The notes beneath the pieces were generated by a model, which did no database searches, was not told the DNA's origin, and saw only the letters and a list, made by a program, of their open reading frames with translations. Of a stretch of DNA of 64,000 nucleotides, positions 50,699 to 60,637 are shown one piece after another. Source of the DNA: Candidatus Poribacteria bacterium (lineage in GTDB: Bacteria; Poribacteria; WGA-4E; WGA-3G); the NCBI GenBank assembly GCA_965204285.1, contig CBDBEI010000008.1:42994-106993 (forward strand), read 5' to 3'. The position numbers and the translations under genes were made by a program. Positions within the stretch are counted from its first letter, which is position 1. Each line of letters starts with the position of its first letter.

Positions 50699-53600
50699 AT
50701 GAACCAAAACGATATTAAAGCCGCCTTAGCAGCAATGCACACCAGCGATCTGTTGGAAAAATCAAAAGACCTCCTATCTACTCTGGGTTACCGCAGTGAA
50801 CTCACCCTTGAACTATCTGGCACTGTAGGCGACTTTTTTGACGAATTCCCACCACTGCACCCAAACACCAAAACTGAACAGCATTTCCGTGATAACGCGG
50901 AATCTGCACAAATCATTTTCCAATTTACAAAAGACGAAATTGTTGATGAACGGCAGTTGACACTTCTTGATCCCGCCACATTTAATAAAGGGAACAACCA
51001 AAGTTTCCTATTCTGTGCGGTTGAGTTGAAAAATAACGACTACTCCCGCACCAAATATGCCGAGTTCACACGAGAGATCAACAAACGGCTATTCGCCCCG
51101 ACTGTGATTATATTTCGCGCAGGAGAACATCTAACGATTGCCTTTGCGGATCGCCGTCCGAGTGAAACGGACGCGGATCGTGATGTGTTAGGACAGGTTA
51201 CTCTCATCAAAGACATCCGGCTTGCCAACCCGCACCGCGCACATCTGGATATCCTCTCCGAACTCTCACTTGAACAGTGTATTAAATGGATGGATGACAA
51301 CAGAAAACCGCAAAACTTCGACGGGCTACTGGCAGCATGGCTCGCGAAGTTAGATACAGAGGAGCTCAATAAAAAGTTCTATCGGAAGCTGTTTGCGTGG
51401 TATGAATGGGCTGTTGACGATGAGGATGTGAAGTTCCCCACAGACGAGAACCGCGTCATCAAACGAGAGGAACACGTCATCCGCCTCATCACGCGCTTGC
51501 TCTTTATCTGGTTTATCAAGGAGAAAGGATTGGTGGCAGATGACCTGTTTAACAGATATAAAGTCCCCGACCTGCTAAAAGAGGAAGACCTTGAGGACGG
51601 TGATTCATATTATCGTGTCGTGTTACAAAACCTCTTTTTCGCGACGTTGAACACCGAGATAGACAAACGCAAGTTTAGCACCGTCGGCTATACCACCAAC
51701 CGCGATTTCTCTCGATACCGCTACAAAGCACAGATGCAAGACCCCGATAACCTTATGGCACTCTTTGCACAAACACCTTTCATCAACGGGGGTTTGTTCG
51801 ATTGTTTGGATACTTGGGAAGCGACAGGCGAAAATAGCTACCGAATAGACTGCTTTTCTGATAATCAATACCACAAGCTAAGCATTCCCAACCGCTTCTT
51901 TTTTGACGAAAACAGAGGATTGCTCCCCTTACTTGAACATTACAAATTCACCGTTGAGGAAAACACACCGATAGATCAGGAAGTCGCACTTGACCCCGAA
52001 CTGCTCGGTAGGGTGTTCGAAAATCTGCTCGCCGCATACAACCCGGAAACAGGGGCGACAGTGCGAAAGCAGACCGGCTCCTACTACACGCCACGCGCTA
52101 TCGTTGACTATATGGCAGAGGAGGCGTTGATCGCGACGCTATCTCAAAAATGCCAACCCACCGATGCCGATGAAAATATCAGTGATGACAAACTGCGGTA
52201 TCTGTTTGACTATACAAACATGTATGACAACCCTGACAAAAGGTTAGATGGCACCGATGCTCAGAGAGTTGTGCGGGCAATCTCTGAACTCAAGATATTG
52301 GACCCAGCCGTAGGTTCGGGGGCGTTTCCGATGGGTGTGCTGCACAAACTGACGCTCGCACTCAGACGGCTTGACCCAGATAACACACGTTGGGAAGCAT
52401 TGCAAAAGGAACTCGCTGGAAAACGCGCCGCAGAAGCATTTGATACACAGGATGACCAAGAACGTCGTGAAGAACTACACGAAATTGACGACACTTTCAA
52501 ACGCTACCGAGATTCAGACTTCGGACGGAAGTTATATCTGATTCAAAATAGCATCTTCGGTGTAGACATCCAACCGATTGCGTGCCAAATTGCCAAACTC
52601 CGATTCTTCATATCGCTTGCGGTTGAACAGGAGTCGGACAGAAACGCTGATAACTTCGGCATAAAACCGCTACCGAACTTAGAGACGCGATTTATTGCTG
52701 CGAATACATTGATAGGCTTCAAAGCGCAACTGACACTAAAGAGTGAAAAGGCAATAAATTTAGAACTTGAACTGCGTGATAATCGTGAACAGCATTTCCA
52801 CGCCACTACGCGTCAACGGAAACGTAAATGTAAGGAAAAAGACGAACGTTTACGTACAGCATTGGCAGCAGAACTGGCAGGGTTCGGTATGTCTGAAGAT
52901 GATGCTCAAAAAATTGCCCAATGGGATATCTATGACCAAAACGCTACGGCTGATTGGTTTGACCCTGAATGGATGTTTGGGATTACAAAAGGGTTTGATA
53001 TGGTTATTGGGAACCCGCCTTACATTCAACTGCAAAAGGATGGTGGCAGATTGGCAGATTTGTATCAACCATGCAAGTTTGACACTTTTACAAGGATGGG
53101 AGATATTTACTGCCTGTTCTATGAAAAAGGATATAAACTATTGAAAAACAGAGGGCATCTCTGCTTTATCACATCTAACAAGTGGATGCGCGCTGGGTAT
53201 GGCAAAAAGTTGAGAGATTATTTCATATTACACACACAACCTGTTCAACTTCTGGATATGGGACCAGATGTGTTTGATGCAACTGTGGACACGAACATTA
53301 TACTACTACAAAACAAGACTGTCTTTGATGATGCTACCACTTCCTTTAGAGCCGCAACTATTGTTACGGATTTTGACAGACAGACCGGTAATATTGCCCA
53401 GTATCTGATCGATAATGGCGTGGATATGGAGATACTCAAAGAAGGTGAACCGTGGGCGATACTCTCCTTCGCTGAACTTAACCTGAAACGCAAAATAGAG
53501 AAGGTCGGTGTTCCGCTAAAGGACTGGGATATAAAGATTAACATGGGAATTAAAACAGGTTGTAACGAAGCGTTTATCATAGACGAGACTAAGCGTGAGG

Positions 53601-54298
53601 AACTGATAGCACAAGACCCAAAGTCTGTTGAAATCATCAAACCCGTTTTACGTGGAAAAGACATCAAACGCTACCATGCAAAATGGAATGGATTATATAT
53701 AATATCAACTTTTCCTGCTGTTAAATTGAACATTGACAACTATCCTGCTGTTAAAAACTTCCTTCTGGAATATGGCAGAGATCGGTTAGAGCAAGTGGGA
53801 AAAACACTTCCTGATGGCACCAAATCTCGTAAGAAAACAGGAAACAAATGGTTTGAAACACAAGATCAAATTGCTTATTACGCCGAATTTGAGAAAATAA
53901 AAATTATTTATCCCGATATTTTCCGGCAGCTAAGTTTCACTGTAGATACATCTGGGTCTTACTGTAATAATACCTGTTATTTTATACCTACAGAGGAAAC
54001 TTGGTTATGCGGCGTGCTCAATTCAAAACTTGTTGGCTGGTATTATTCGAGACTTGCAAACACATTGGGAAGTGGTGGATCTCGGGGATTCAGTATCTTT
54101 TTGAGTCAAATCTGTGTTCCAAATATTGTCCCTGCTCAAAAACTTCCTATTACCAATCTTGTCAACGAAATCCTTGCAGCAAAACACACCAACCCAGATG
54201 CCGACACTTCCTCCCTTGAAAATGAGATTGATATGTTAGTGTATGCGTTGTATAATTTAACGGAAGAAGAAATCGCCATCGTGGAGAAAAGCAAATGA
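50699..54298 (+). CDS. Eco57I/TaqI-like N6-adenine DNA methyltransferase (type IIG-like)
   Basis: INGGLF, GSYYTP, ILDPAVGSGAF, IGNPPY, TaqI_C-like C-terminus. Confidence 0.9.
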   Translation: MNQNDIKAALAAMHTSDLLEKSKDLLSTLGYRSELTLELSGTVGDFFDEFPPLHPNTKTEQHFRDNAESAQIIFQFTKDEIVDERQLTLLDPATFNKGNNQSFLFCAVELKNNDYSRTKYAEFTREINKRLFAPTVIIFRAGEHLTIAFADRRPSETDADRDVLGQVTLIKDIRLANPHRAHLDILSELSLEQCIKWMDDNRKPQNFDGLLAAWLAKLDTEELNKKFYRKLFAWYEWAVDDEDVKFPTDENRVIKREEHVIRLITRLLFIWFIKEKGLVADDLFNRYKVPDLLKEEDLEDGDSYYRVVLQNLFFATLNTEIDKRKFSTVGYTTNRDFSRYRYKAQMQDPDNLMALFAQTPFINGGLFDCLDTWEATGENSYRIDCFSDNQYHKLSIPNRFFFDENRGLLPLLEHYKFTVEENTPIDQEVALDPELLGRVFENLLAAYNPETGATVRKQTGSYYTPRAIVDYMAEEALIATLSQKCQPTDADENISDDKLRYLFDYTNMYDNPDKRLDGTDAQRVVRAISELKILDPAVGSGAFPMGVLHKLTLALRRLDPDNTRWEALQKELAGKRAAEAFDTQDDQERREELHEIDDTFKRYRDSDFGRKLYLIQNSIFGVDIQPIACQIAKLRFFISLAVEQESDRNADNFGIKPLPNLETRFIAANTLIGFKAQLTLKSEKAINLELELRDNREQHFHATTRQRKRKCKEKDERLRTALAAELAGFGMSEDDAQKIAQWDIYDQNATADWFDPEWMFGITKGFDMVIGNPPYIQLQKDGGRLADLYQPCKFDTFTRMGDIYCLFYEKGYKLLKNRGHLCFITSNKWMRAGYGKKLRDYFILHTQPVQLLDMGPDVFDATVDTNIILLQNKTVFDDATTSFRAATIVTDFDRQTGNIAQYLIDNGVDMEILKEGEPWAILSFAELNLKRKIEKVGVPLKDWDIKINMGIKTGCNEAFIIDETKREELIAQDPKSVEIIKPVLRGKDIKRYHAKWNGLYIISTFPAVKLNIDNYPAVKNFLLEYGRDRLEQVGKTLPDGTKSRKKTGNKWFETQDQIAYYAEFEKIKIIYPDIFRQLSFTVDTSGSYCNNTCYFIPTEETWLCGVLNSKLVGWYYSRLANTLGSGGSRGFSIFLSQICVPNIVPAQKLPITNLVNEILAAKHTNPDADTSSLENEIDMLVYALYNLTEEEIAIVEKSK

Positions 54299-57200
54299 GT
54301 GTTCAACAAACTGAACAAAATAGAATATTGGAAATTGACGGTTTCATTGAAAGTCAGACAAATCCTTGGAGTTTGGACCCAGAATTGAAGGGAAGTGAAA
54401 AGTCTCAAGATATTGGGGATGAAACAATGCTCCCTGCAGAAAAAATCAAGCATTTTTTAAAGGCATCTGATCATCTTACTAAGACAATAGACCTGGAACC
54501 TAATTCTGCTGATGTCTATTTCAATCGTGGTCGTCTTTACCATCTGTCAGGTAAGGTTGATAGATCAATTCAAGACTACAACGCCGCACTAAAACTACAA
54601 CCACACTTGACCGAGGTCTACAACTATCGAGGGCTTGCTTATGATGAAAAAGGTGAGTTTGAACATGAGAACCGAGATTATGATGATACAGCAATAAAAT
54701 TGAATCCCAATAATCCGGAAGTCTATCAGATTCGTGGGAATGCTTATACCAGCAAGGATGATTATGAGCGAGTGATCGACGACTATACCAAAGCGATAGA
54801 TCTGAACCCCGACAATGCCGAGGCATATAACAACCGCGGGATGGCTCATTGTATCAAAGGGCAGTATAACCTTGCTATTGAAGACTTTACCAAGGCAATA
54901 GAACTGCAACCAGAGTTTGTTGAAGCCCATTACAACCGTGGTCTCACTTATCAGAACAAAGGCGAAGTTGACTTGGCAATCGAGAACTATAACACTGCGA
55001 CTCAAATCAAACCAAGTTATGTTGATGCCTATGTTAACCGTGGGATAGCTTATCTCAGTAAAGGTGAGGTTGATGCCGCTATAAAAGAGTATAAATGTGC
55101 AATAGCCTTGAAACCAGAGTTGGCTGATCCCCATTATAATCTTGGGTATGTTTATCTTAATCAGGGTGAGTACTCCAAAGCCATTGATGACTTTGATGCA
55201 GCAATACAACGGAATTCCGATTTCGCCGCTGCCTACTACAATCGTGGATATGCATATGGACTTAGAAAAGAATTTGACAAAGCCATTAAGGACTATACCA
55301 AGGTGATAGAACTTGAACCAAAGGAGACTGAAGTATATCGTCTTCGCGGGCTTACTTACGGAATGCAAGGCAATTTGGATAAAGCCATTGATGACTATTC
55401 TAAAGCGATAGAGTTAAACCGCGACGATGCTGAGGTATATCGCCTTCGCGGGCTTACTTACGGAATGCAGAACAATTTTGACAACGCTATTGCAGACATT
55501 ACCTATGCAATAAAACTAGAACCTAATAATGTTGAAACATATAATACTTGTGGACTTGTTTATTACTTCAAAGGTGATTTTGATGAAGCTATTGCTAACT
55601 TGGACAAAGCAATACGACTTAACCCAGATTCTGACTTAACCTATTGTACGCTCGCTGCTGTTTATGCTCGTAGAGAGGAAGTAGATCAGGCCATTCAAAA
55701 CTACGACATGGCACTATCTCTAAATCCTGAATTTGCTACAGCATATTACCATCGCGGGATTGCTTACGGTATAAAGGGCGATTTTGACAGAGGTATTGCA
55801 GACTTTTCCCAGGTGATAAACCTGAATCCAGATTTTGTTGATGCATATCATGCCCGTGGTGTTACTTACCGTGACAAAGGTGATTTTGACAACGCTATTG
55901 AGAACTTTAGCACATTTATAAATGGGAAACCTAATAATGCCAGGGCATATAATGATCGCGGGTTTGTTTACTACCTGAAAGGTGAATTTGAGAAGGCTAT
56001 TGAAGATTTTAACAAGGCGATAGATATCTATCTCGATTTTGCTGATGCCTACTACAACCGCGGACTTGCCTATTATTACAAAGATGATTTTGATATAGCT
56101 ATAAATGATTTAACTATGGCAATTGAACTGAAACCTGATGTCGCCAGATTATATCGTGATCGCGGAGAGGTATACTATCATAAAGATGATTTTGAGAATG
56201 CTATTGCGGATTTTACGACTGCAATCGAGTTGGAACCAAATGCGTCTGACTACTACAACCGCGGAGTCAATTACAGTAGAAAAGGTGATTTTGATAACGC
56301 TATTGTGAATTTTAACATGTTCATAGAACTCCAAACTGACAATGCTGAGGGATATAGAATCCGCGGAGGCCATTATGGGGCTATAGGGGATTTTGACAAA
56401 GGCATTGCTGATCTTACTCAAGCGATAAAACTCAATCCTAACGATGCTGATATTTACTACGCTCGCGGTTTTATTAACAGCGAAAAAGGCGATTTTGACA
56501 ACGCTATTAAGGATTATACTGAAGTATTACAACTGAATCCAGAAGATGCTGAGACATACTATCATCGCGGACTTGCTTATGCTAATAAAAACGAGGTTGA
56601 CAAGGTAATCAATGATTTTAGCAAGGTAATTGAACTGGATCCCAAGCATGTTGATGCCTATCATAGGCGTGGGATTCTTTACTCCTACAATGGTGATTTT
56701 GACAACGCCATTGATGATTTTAACTCGGTGATAAACCTCAACCCTGATGATCCTTATGTCTATTGCAATCGCGGAACTGCTTACGCAGATAAAGAAGAGT
56801 TTGATAAGGCAATTAAAGATTATAACATAGCACTGGAACTTGAGTCTGATTTTGTTAGAGCCTACTACCACCGAGGACGCGCTAAAGCTATTAAAGGCAA
56901 TTTTGACGAAGCGGTTGCAGACTTTACCAAAGCCACAGAGTTGAAGTCTGACGATGCGGATACCTATTTCCATCGCGGAATTGCTTATCTGCGAATAAAG
57001 GATTATGACTTGGCTATTGAAGATTTTGACAAGGTATTGGAACTTGATCCAGACCATTCGGGTGCATATTACTATAGCGGTCTTGCTTATCTCTTCAAAG
57101 GAAATTTTGACGATTTAGCAGTTGAAAATTTCAATAAAGCAATAGAACTGAACCTAGACCATGCCGATGTGTATTACTACCGAGGTACTGCTTATAACTT

Positions 57201-57636
57201 TAAAGGTGAGTTAGGCCTTTCTATTCAAGACTTTACCAAAGCAATAGAACTGCAACCCAATTATGCCGATGCCTATATCAACCGGGGGACGATTTACGAG
57301 GACAAAGGCGATGTTGACCAAGCCATTGCAGACTATAATAGGGCAATTGAATTTAAACCCTATAATGCGATTGCCTACAAAAATCGCGGTTTAGCTTATG
57401 CGAAAAAAAGTCAGGTAGAACTTGCTATTGCTGACTATTCTAAAGCGATAGCACTCAACCCCGATTTTGCTGAGGCATATTACTATCGCGGTGGAGCCTT
57501 GTTACGACTCGAAAAGCGCGAGAAGGCTAAATTAGACCTCGCTATTGCCAGATGCATGAAATATGACTCTCTCATTGCCTTAGACAAAATACTGAAAGAT
57601 TACGATCGCGCATGGAAGACTCTCGGCAATTTATGA
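54295..57636 (+). CDS. Large TPR-repeat protein (~30 repeats) with non-TPR C-terminal helix
   Basis: 34-aa periodic AY.NRG..Y...G.FD.AI.DF.KAIEL.P; ATGA overlaps with both neighbouring genes. Confidence 0.93.
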   Translation: MSVQQTEQNRILEIDGFIESQTNPWSLDPELKGSEKSQDIGDETMLPAEKIKHFLKASDHLTKTIDLEPNSADVYFNRGRLYHLSGKVDRSIQDYNAALKLQPHLTEVYNYRGLAYDEKGEFEHENRDYDDTAIKLNPNNPEVYQIRGNAYTSKDDYERVIDDYTKAIDLNPDNAEAYNNRGMAHCIKGQYNLAIEDFTKAIELQPEFVEAHYNRGLTYQNKGEVDLAIENYNTATQIKPSYVDAYVNRGIAYLSKGEVDAAIKEYKCAIALKPELADPHYNLGYVYLNQGEYSKAIDDFDAAIQRNSDFAAAYYNRGYAYGLRKEFDKAIKDYTKVIELEPKETEVYRLRGLTYGMQGNLDKAIDDYSKAIELNRDDAEVYRLRGLTYGMQNNFDNAIADITYAIKLEPNNVETYNTCGLVYYFKGDFDEAIANLDKAIRLNPDSDLTYCTLAAVYARREEVDQAIQNYDMALSLNPEFATAYYHRGIAYGIKGDFDRGIADFSQVINLNPDFVDAYHARGVTYRDKGDFDNAIENFSTFINGKPNNARAYNDRGFVYYLKGEFEKAIEDFNKAIDIYLDFADAYYNRGLAYYYKDDFDIAINDLTMAIELKPDVARLYRDRGEVYYHKDDFENAIADFTTAIELEPNASDYYNRGVNYSRKGDFDNAIVNFNMFIELQTDNAEGYRIRGGHYGAIGDFDKGIADLTQAIKLNPNDADIYYARGFINSEKGDFDNAIKDYTEVLQLNPEDAETYYHRGLAYANKNEVDKVINDFSKVIELDPKHVDAYHRRGILYSYNGDFDNAIDDFNSVINLNPDDPYVYCNRGTAYADKEEFDKAIKDYNIALELESDFVRAYYHRGRAKAIKGNFDEAVADFTKATELKSDDADTYFHRGIAYLRIKDYDLAIEDFDKVLELDPDHSGAYYYSGLAYLFKGNFDDLAVENFNKAIELNLDHADVYYYRGTAYNFKGELGLSIQDFTKAIELQPNYADAYINRGTIYEDKGDVDQAIADYNRAIEFKPYNAIAYKNRGLAYAKKSQVELAIADYSKAIALNPDFAEAYYYRGGALLRLEKREKAKLDLAIARCMKYDSLIALDKILKDYDRAWKTLGNL

Positions 57637-58013
57637 AATATTTGACAATTGAGGACATCCTAATTATTGCCGAGGCCCAGGTGAGGAACTATAAGTTTTT
57701 GCATGAAGAACAGTTAGACTATTTAGTCGAGGTAGTAAGTGCAAAATATGGTGATGTAGAATATTATCCGACTCTATACCAAAAAGCTGCTGTATATGCC
57801 CGTCATATTATTGAAAGTCATATATTTCTTGATGGAAATAAACGGATCGGTCTAACGTGCGCGCACAAATTTTTAGAATTGAACGGTTGTAAGTTGCGTG
57901 AAGACATCAATGATTCAATTATCGAGTTAGGTAATGAAATTGCGGATGGATCAATAAACGATATTGTGGTCATCGCCGATCATATACAGTCCTGGGTTTG
58001 TGAAAATAGTTGA
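57633..58013 (+). CDS. doc: Doc (death-on-curing) family Fic toxin (126 aa)
   Basis: YPTLYQKAA and HIFLDGNKRIG; ATG overlaps the TPR stop. Confidence 0.9.
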   Translation: MKYLTIEDILIIAEAQVRNYKFLHEEQLDYLVEVVSAKYGDVEYYPTLYQKAAVYARHIIESHIFLDGNKRIGLTCAHKFLELNGCKLREDINDSIIELGNEIADGSINDIVVIADHIQSWVCENS

Positions 58014-58347
58014 GATGATCGGATATCTGGCATTCAATTACCAAAGAAATCGTCGCACTACTAACACCTCCACAACCATAGCAGCAAAACAAAAAACACT
58101 TACCTTATCGGATTATCTGATGTAACAGATTACCAATCCGTGTTTTCCGTGTTCTCCGCGCTTTCCGCGATTCAGACAATAAAATCCGCGTCCTTCGCGC
58201 ACAAACTGCCGATTAGCATTCCCTGCACTCCACAGACGTGGGACGAGATTTGTGTCGAGAAACTCAAAATGGGGACTCCTTCGGCATTAGACTTGTCCGA
58301 GGTAAGCGGTGATGACCTTATCTTCTGATCAATTCTCTATAAGCAAA

Positions 58348-58497
58348 ACTCACATGTAAGCACAGCACACATGCAATCATATAATCACAACTCGCATGTA
58401 AGTACGTAAACACAACTCATATAAAAGCAGCGCTTACATGTAAGCATGTAATAAAATCTTACATGTAAGCATGTAATAAAATCTTACATGTAAGCAT
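58348..58497. repeat. cttacatgtaag palindrome array including a 25-bp tandem repeat
   Basis: cttacatgtaagcatgtaataaaat x2 plus a partial copy at 58433..58497. Confidence 0.8.
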
Positions 58498-59120
58498 ATC
58501 CTCAGCAAAAACATCTAAGTTGAAGTAGAACCAAAGCGAAAACCACTCTATTTTCTGCAAACTTATTGGATATCTATTAGATATCTATTGTTCCCACGAC
58601 CAAATTTACCGATGCATTCTTCAGACATTGCAGTATAATTTATTGCAGAAGAATACATCTTCGTTTGCATCGATACATTTGGGACAGAGGCGGACTAAAA
58701 ACTTCGCTGAAAAAGGTATAATAACGATCAATTTTGAGCCTTAATCGTGATTAATTCACTAATTTTCTCTAAATTGACGATTTTTTTACAAAAATATGTA
58801 AATTTAATGAATTTTTAATTGGATTAAAATTGGGATTTAATAGTAACATGTTCATGTTCGGGAAAACATGTGATTACAATAGTCTTTGTTTAAATGCCGA
58901 AACCCAAGGCATTTAAACAAAAAAAATTACCTTGGGTCTACACAAGCAGTGTTCGGCACGATTTTTTGGACACGGCAGTCTTATAAAATCGGTTACCTGC
59001 TATAACAAGATACTGCTAAAACAGGATGTTAAGAGTATAACATATAGAAAAATAAAAAACAAGTTTTTTTTCACTTTTTTCTCTGAAATACTCTTAATGC
59101 CTCAAAATATGAGGAAAATC

Positions 59121-60125
59121 ATGGTTAAAACGGCTATTTTGAATGATCGGGTTCAAGAAAGCAGGATATATCCCGACACCTATGACAACTGCCCAAACGA
59201 TGAGCCGGTCGAACCATCTCGTCCTGCGATATTTCTTGAAACGCAGAAAGATACCATGCAAGTTCCGTTTGGCACATTTAGCTTGTTAAACGCGTTGATG
59301 GAAGGATCGGAAACAGCGTTTGATACGGCGATCTATCAATGCTACAATGCGTTTTCCAACTGGGACTGGGGCATATCTCATTCGCTTTCAATCCGTCATG
59401 TTGGTAAGTTGTTTGCGGTATCCCACCAGTATGTGCAGCAGGCACTTTCTCGTTTGAGTAACAAGAAATGGATGAAGCGTCTTTCTGGTAAACATAAGGT
59501 TAGCAAGTTTGAACTCAAGCATCATCTTTGCGAAGATGAATTGGTTCCATTAGACAAAGATGGCAGACCTTCTAAGTGTGCGATGCCTCGTGGTTATGGT
59601 GGTTTATTTGAGCGTCTGATGGCTGGTGATATTCACTGGAAGGCTGTTATAATATGGATGTTAATGAAACTTGAATCGGACTGGTGCACCGGCATAACGG
59701 CACCTATCAGCATTAAACAGCTTCGCAAGTGGACGCGTTTTGGCACATCTGACATCTGTAAATATATCAAGCAGTTGATAGATGCGGGTATGTTGAAGAA
59801 GCATTCCCGTCGTCCGCATGAAGCACAGGTCTACCAGTTATTTCCGAAACCGCCAGCGAAACGCACCGAGCGTCAACCTGAACAGGAATGGACGTATCGG
59901 AATATGCGGGCTGAAGGCCCGTTGCGTTATAGTTTCAACGAAGAGTGGCGTGTGAATGTTGATACCGGTGTTTACGAGTATCGTGAAGATAAAAAGAAGC
60001 CTTTCCGTCCTGCTTCAGACTACAGGATTGCCCAGGAGATGCCCAAGTCAATGAAAGCTGATTTTGAGATGTGCCTTCAGATTCATAAAAGCCTGTTAGC
60101 AGCACTTGGTAAAAATCAGAATTGA
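59121..60125 (+). CDS. Putative replication initiator (tandem winged-helix-like)
   Basis: Two HTH-like segments (SIRHVGKLFAVSHQYVQQALSRL; SIKQLRKWTRFGTSDICKYIKQLIDAGML); AT-rich upstream region; function inferred from context. Confidence 0.5.
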   Translation: MVKTAILNDRVQESRIYPDTYDNCPNDEPVEPSRPAIFLETQKDTMQVPFGTFSLLNALMEGSETAFDTAIYQCYNAFSNWDWGISHSLSIRHVGKLFAVSHQYVQQALSRLSNKKWMKRLSGKHKVSKFELKHHLCEDELVPLDKDGRPSKCAMPRGYGGLFERLMAGDIHWKAVIIWMLMKLESDWCTGITAPISIKQLRKWTRFGTSDICKYIKQLIDAGMLKKHSRRPHEAQVYQLFPKPPAKRTERQPEQEWTYRNMRAEGPLRYSFNEEWRVNVDTGVYEYREDKKKPFRPASDYRIAQEMPKSMKADFEMCLQIHKSLLAALGKNQN

Positions 60126-60339
60126 TTCTAACGAAACACAATTGAAAGAGTCAACATGCCTATCCGAAGTCGGATGGGCTATCGGTGTTGCAGGCGCACG
60201 CCTATTTTGAGGTATTTTCGGTGAAAAAATCGCAAAATTCGCTTATTTTGAATTTAAAACCGCAATTTTCGGAGCATTCGCGCGATAGGTGAAAAATTTT
60301 GCGACTTCCCACCAACCCAAACGTGCGCCAAATTCCGAT

Positions 60340-60391
60340 GAGTTGTCACCTCACTCCTGTGAGTTGTCACTGGATTCTTGTTAGTTGTCAT
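60340..60391. repeat. Iteron-like repeats
   Basis: agttgtca at 60341, 60362 and 60383 (exact 21-bp phasing), followed by an AT-rich tract. Confidence 0.55.
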
Positions 60392-60637
60392 CTAAAAATT
60401 TTAAATAGGTTGTAAAGGTATATGGTTATTGGGTCCCGCGCACTTTTCATTTTTCGGTACCACGTTTTTGTACGTACCAAAAATAATTAACGTACCGCGG
60501 GCGATATGAATTTGGGTAGGTTTTGGAAGGAAGAAGACAGCTCAATTGCACCAGGAAGAATCATGCATAGACAAAGAGGTAGAATTTTCAATAATGCGTT
60601 ATACTTATAAAATTATCTTAATTTCGACTTTACTAAT

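Noticed and set aside
54521-57057. Minus-strand ORFs within the TPR gene
   Set aside because: Antisense to a clearly periodic coding sequence
58433-58497. 25-bp tandem repeat as a mini-CRISPR linked to cas6
   Set aside because: No unique spacers; the unit contains the par-associated palindrome
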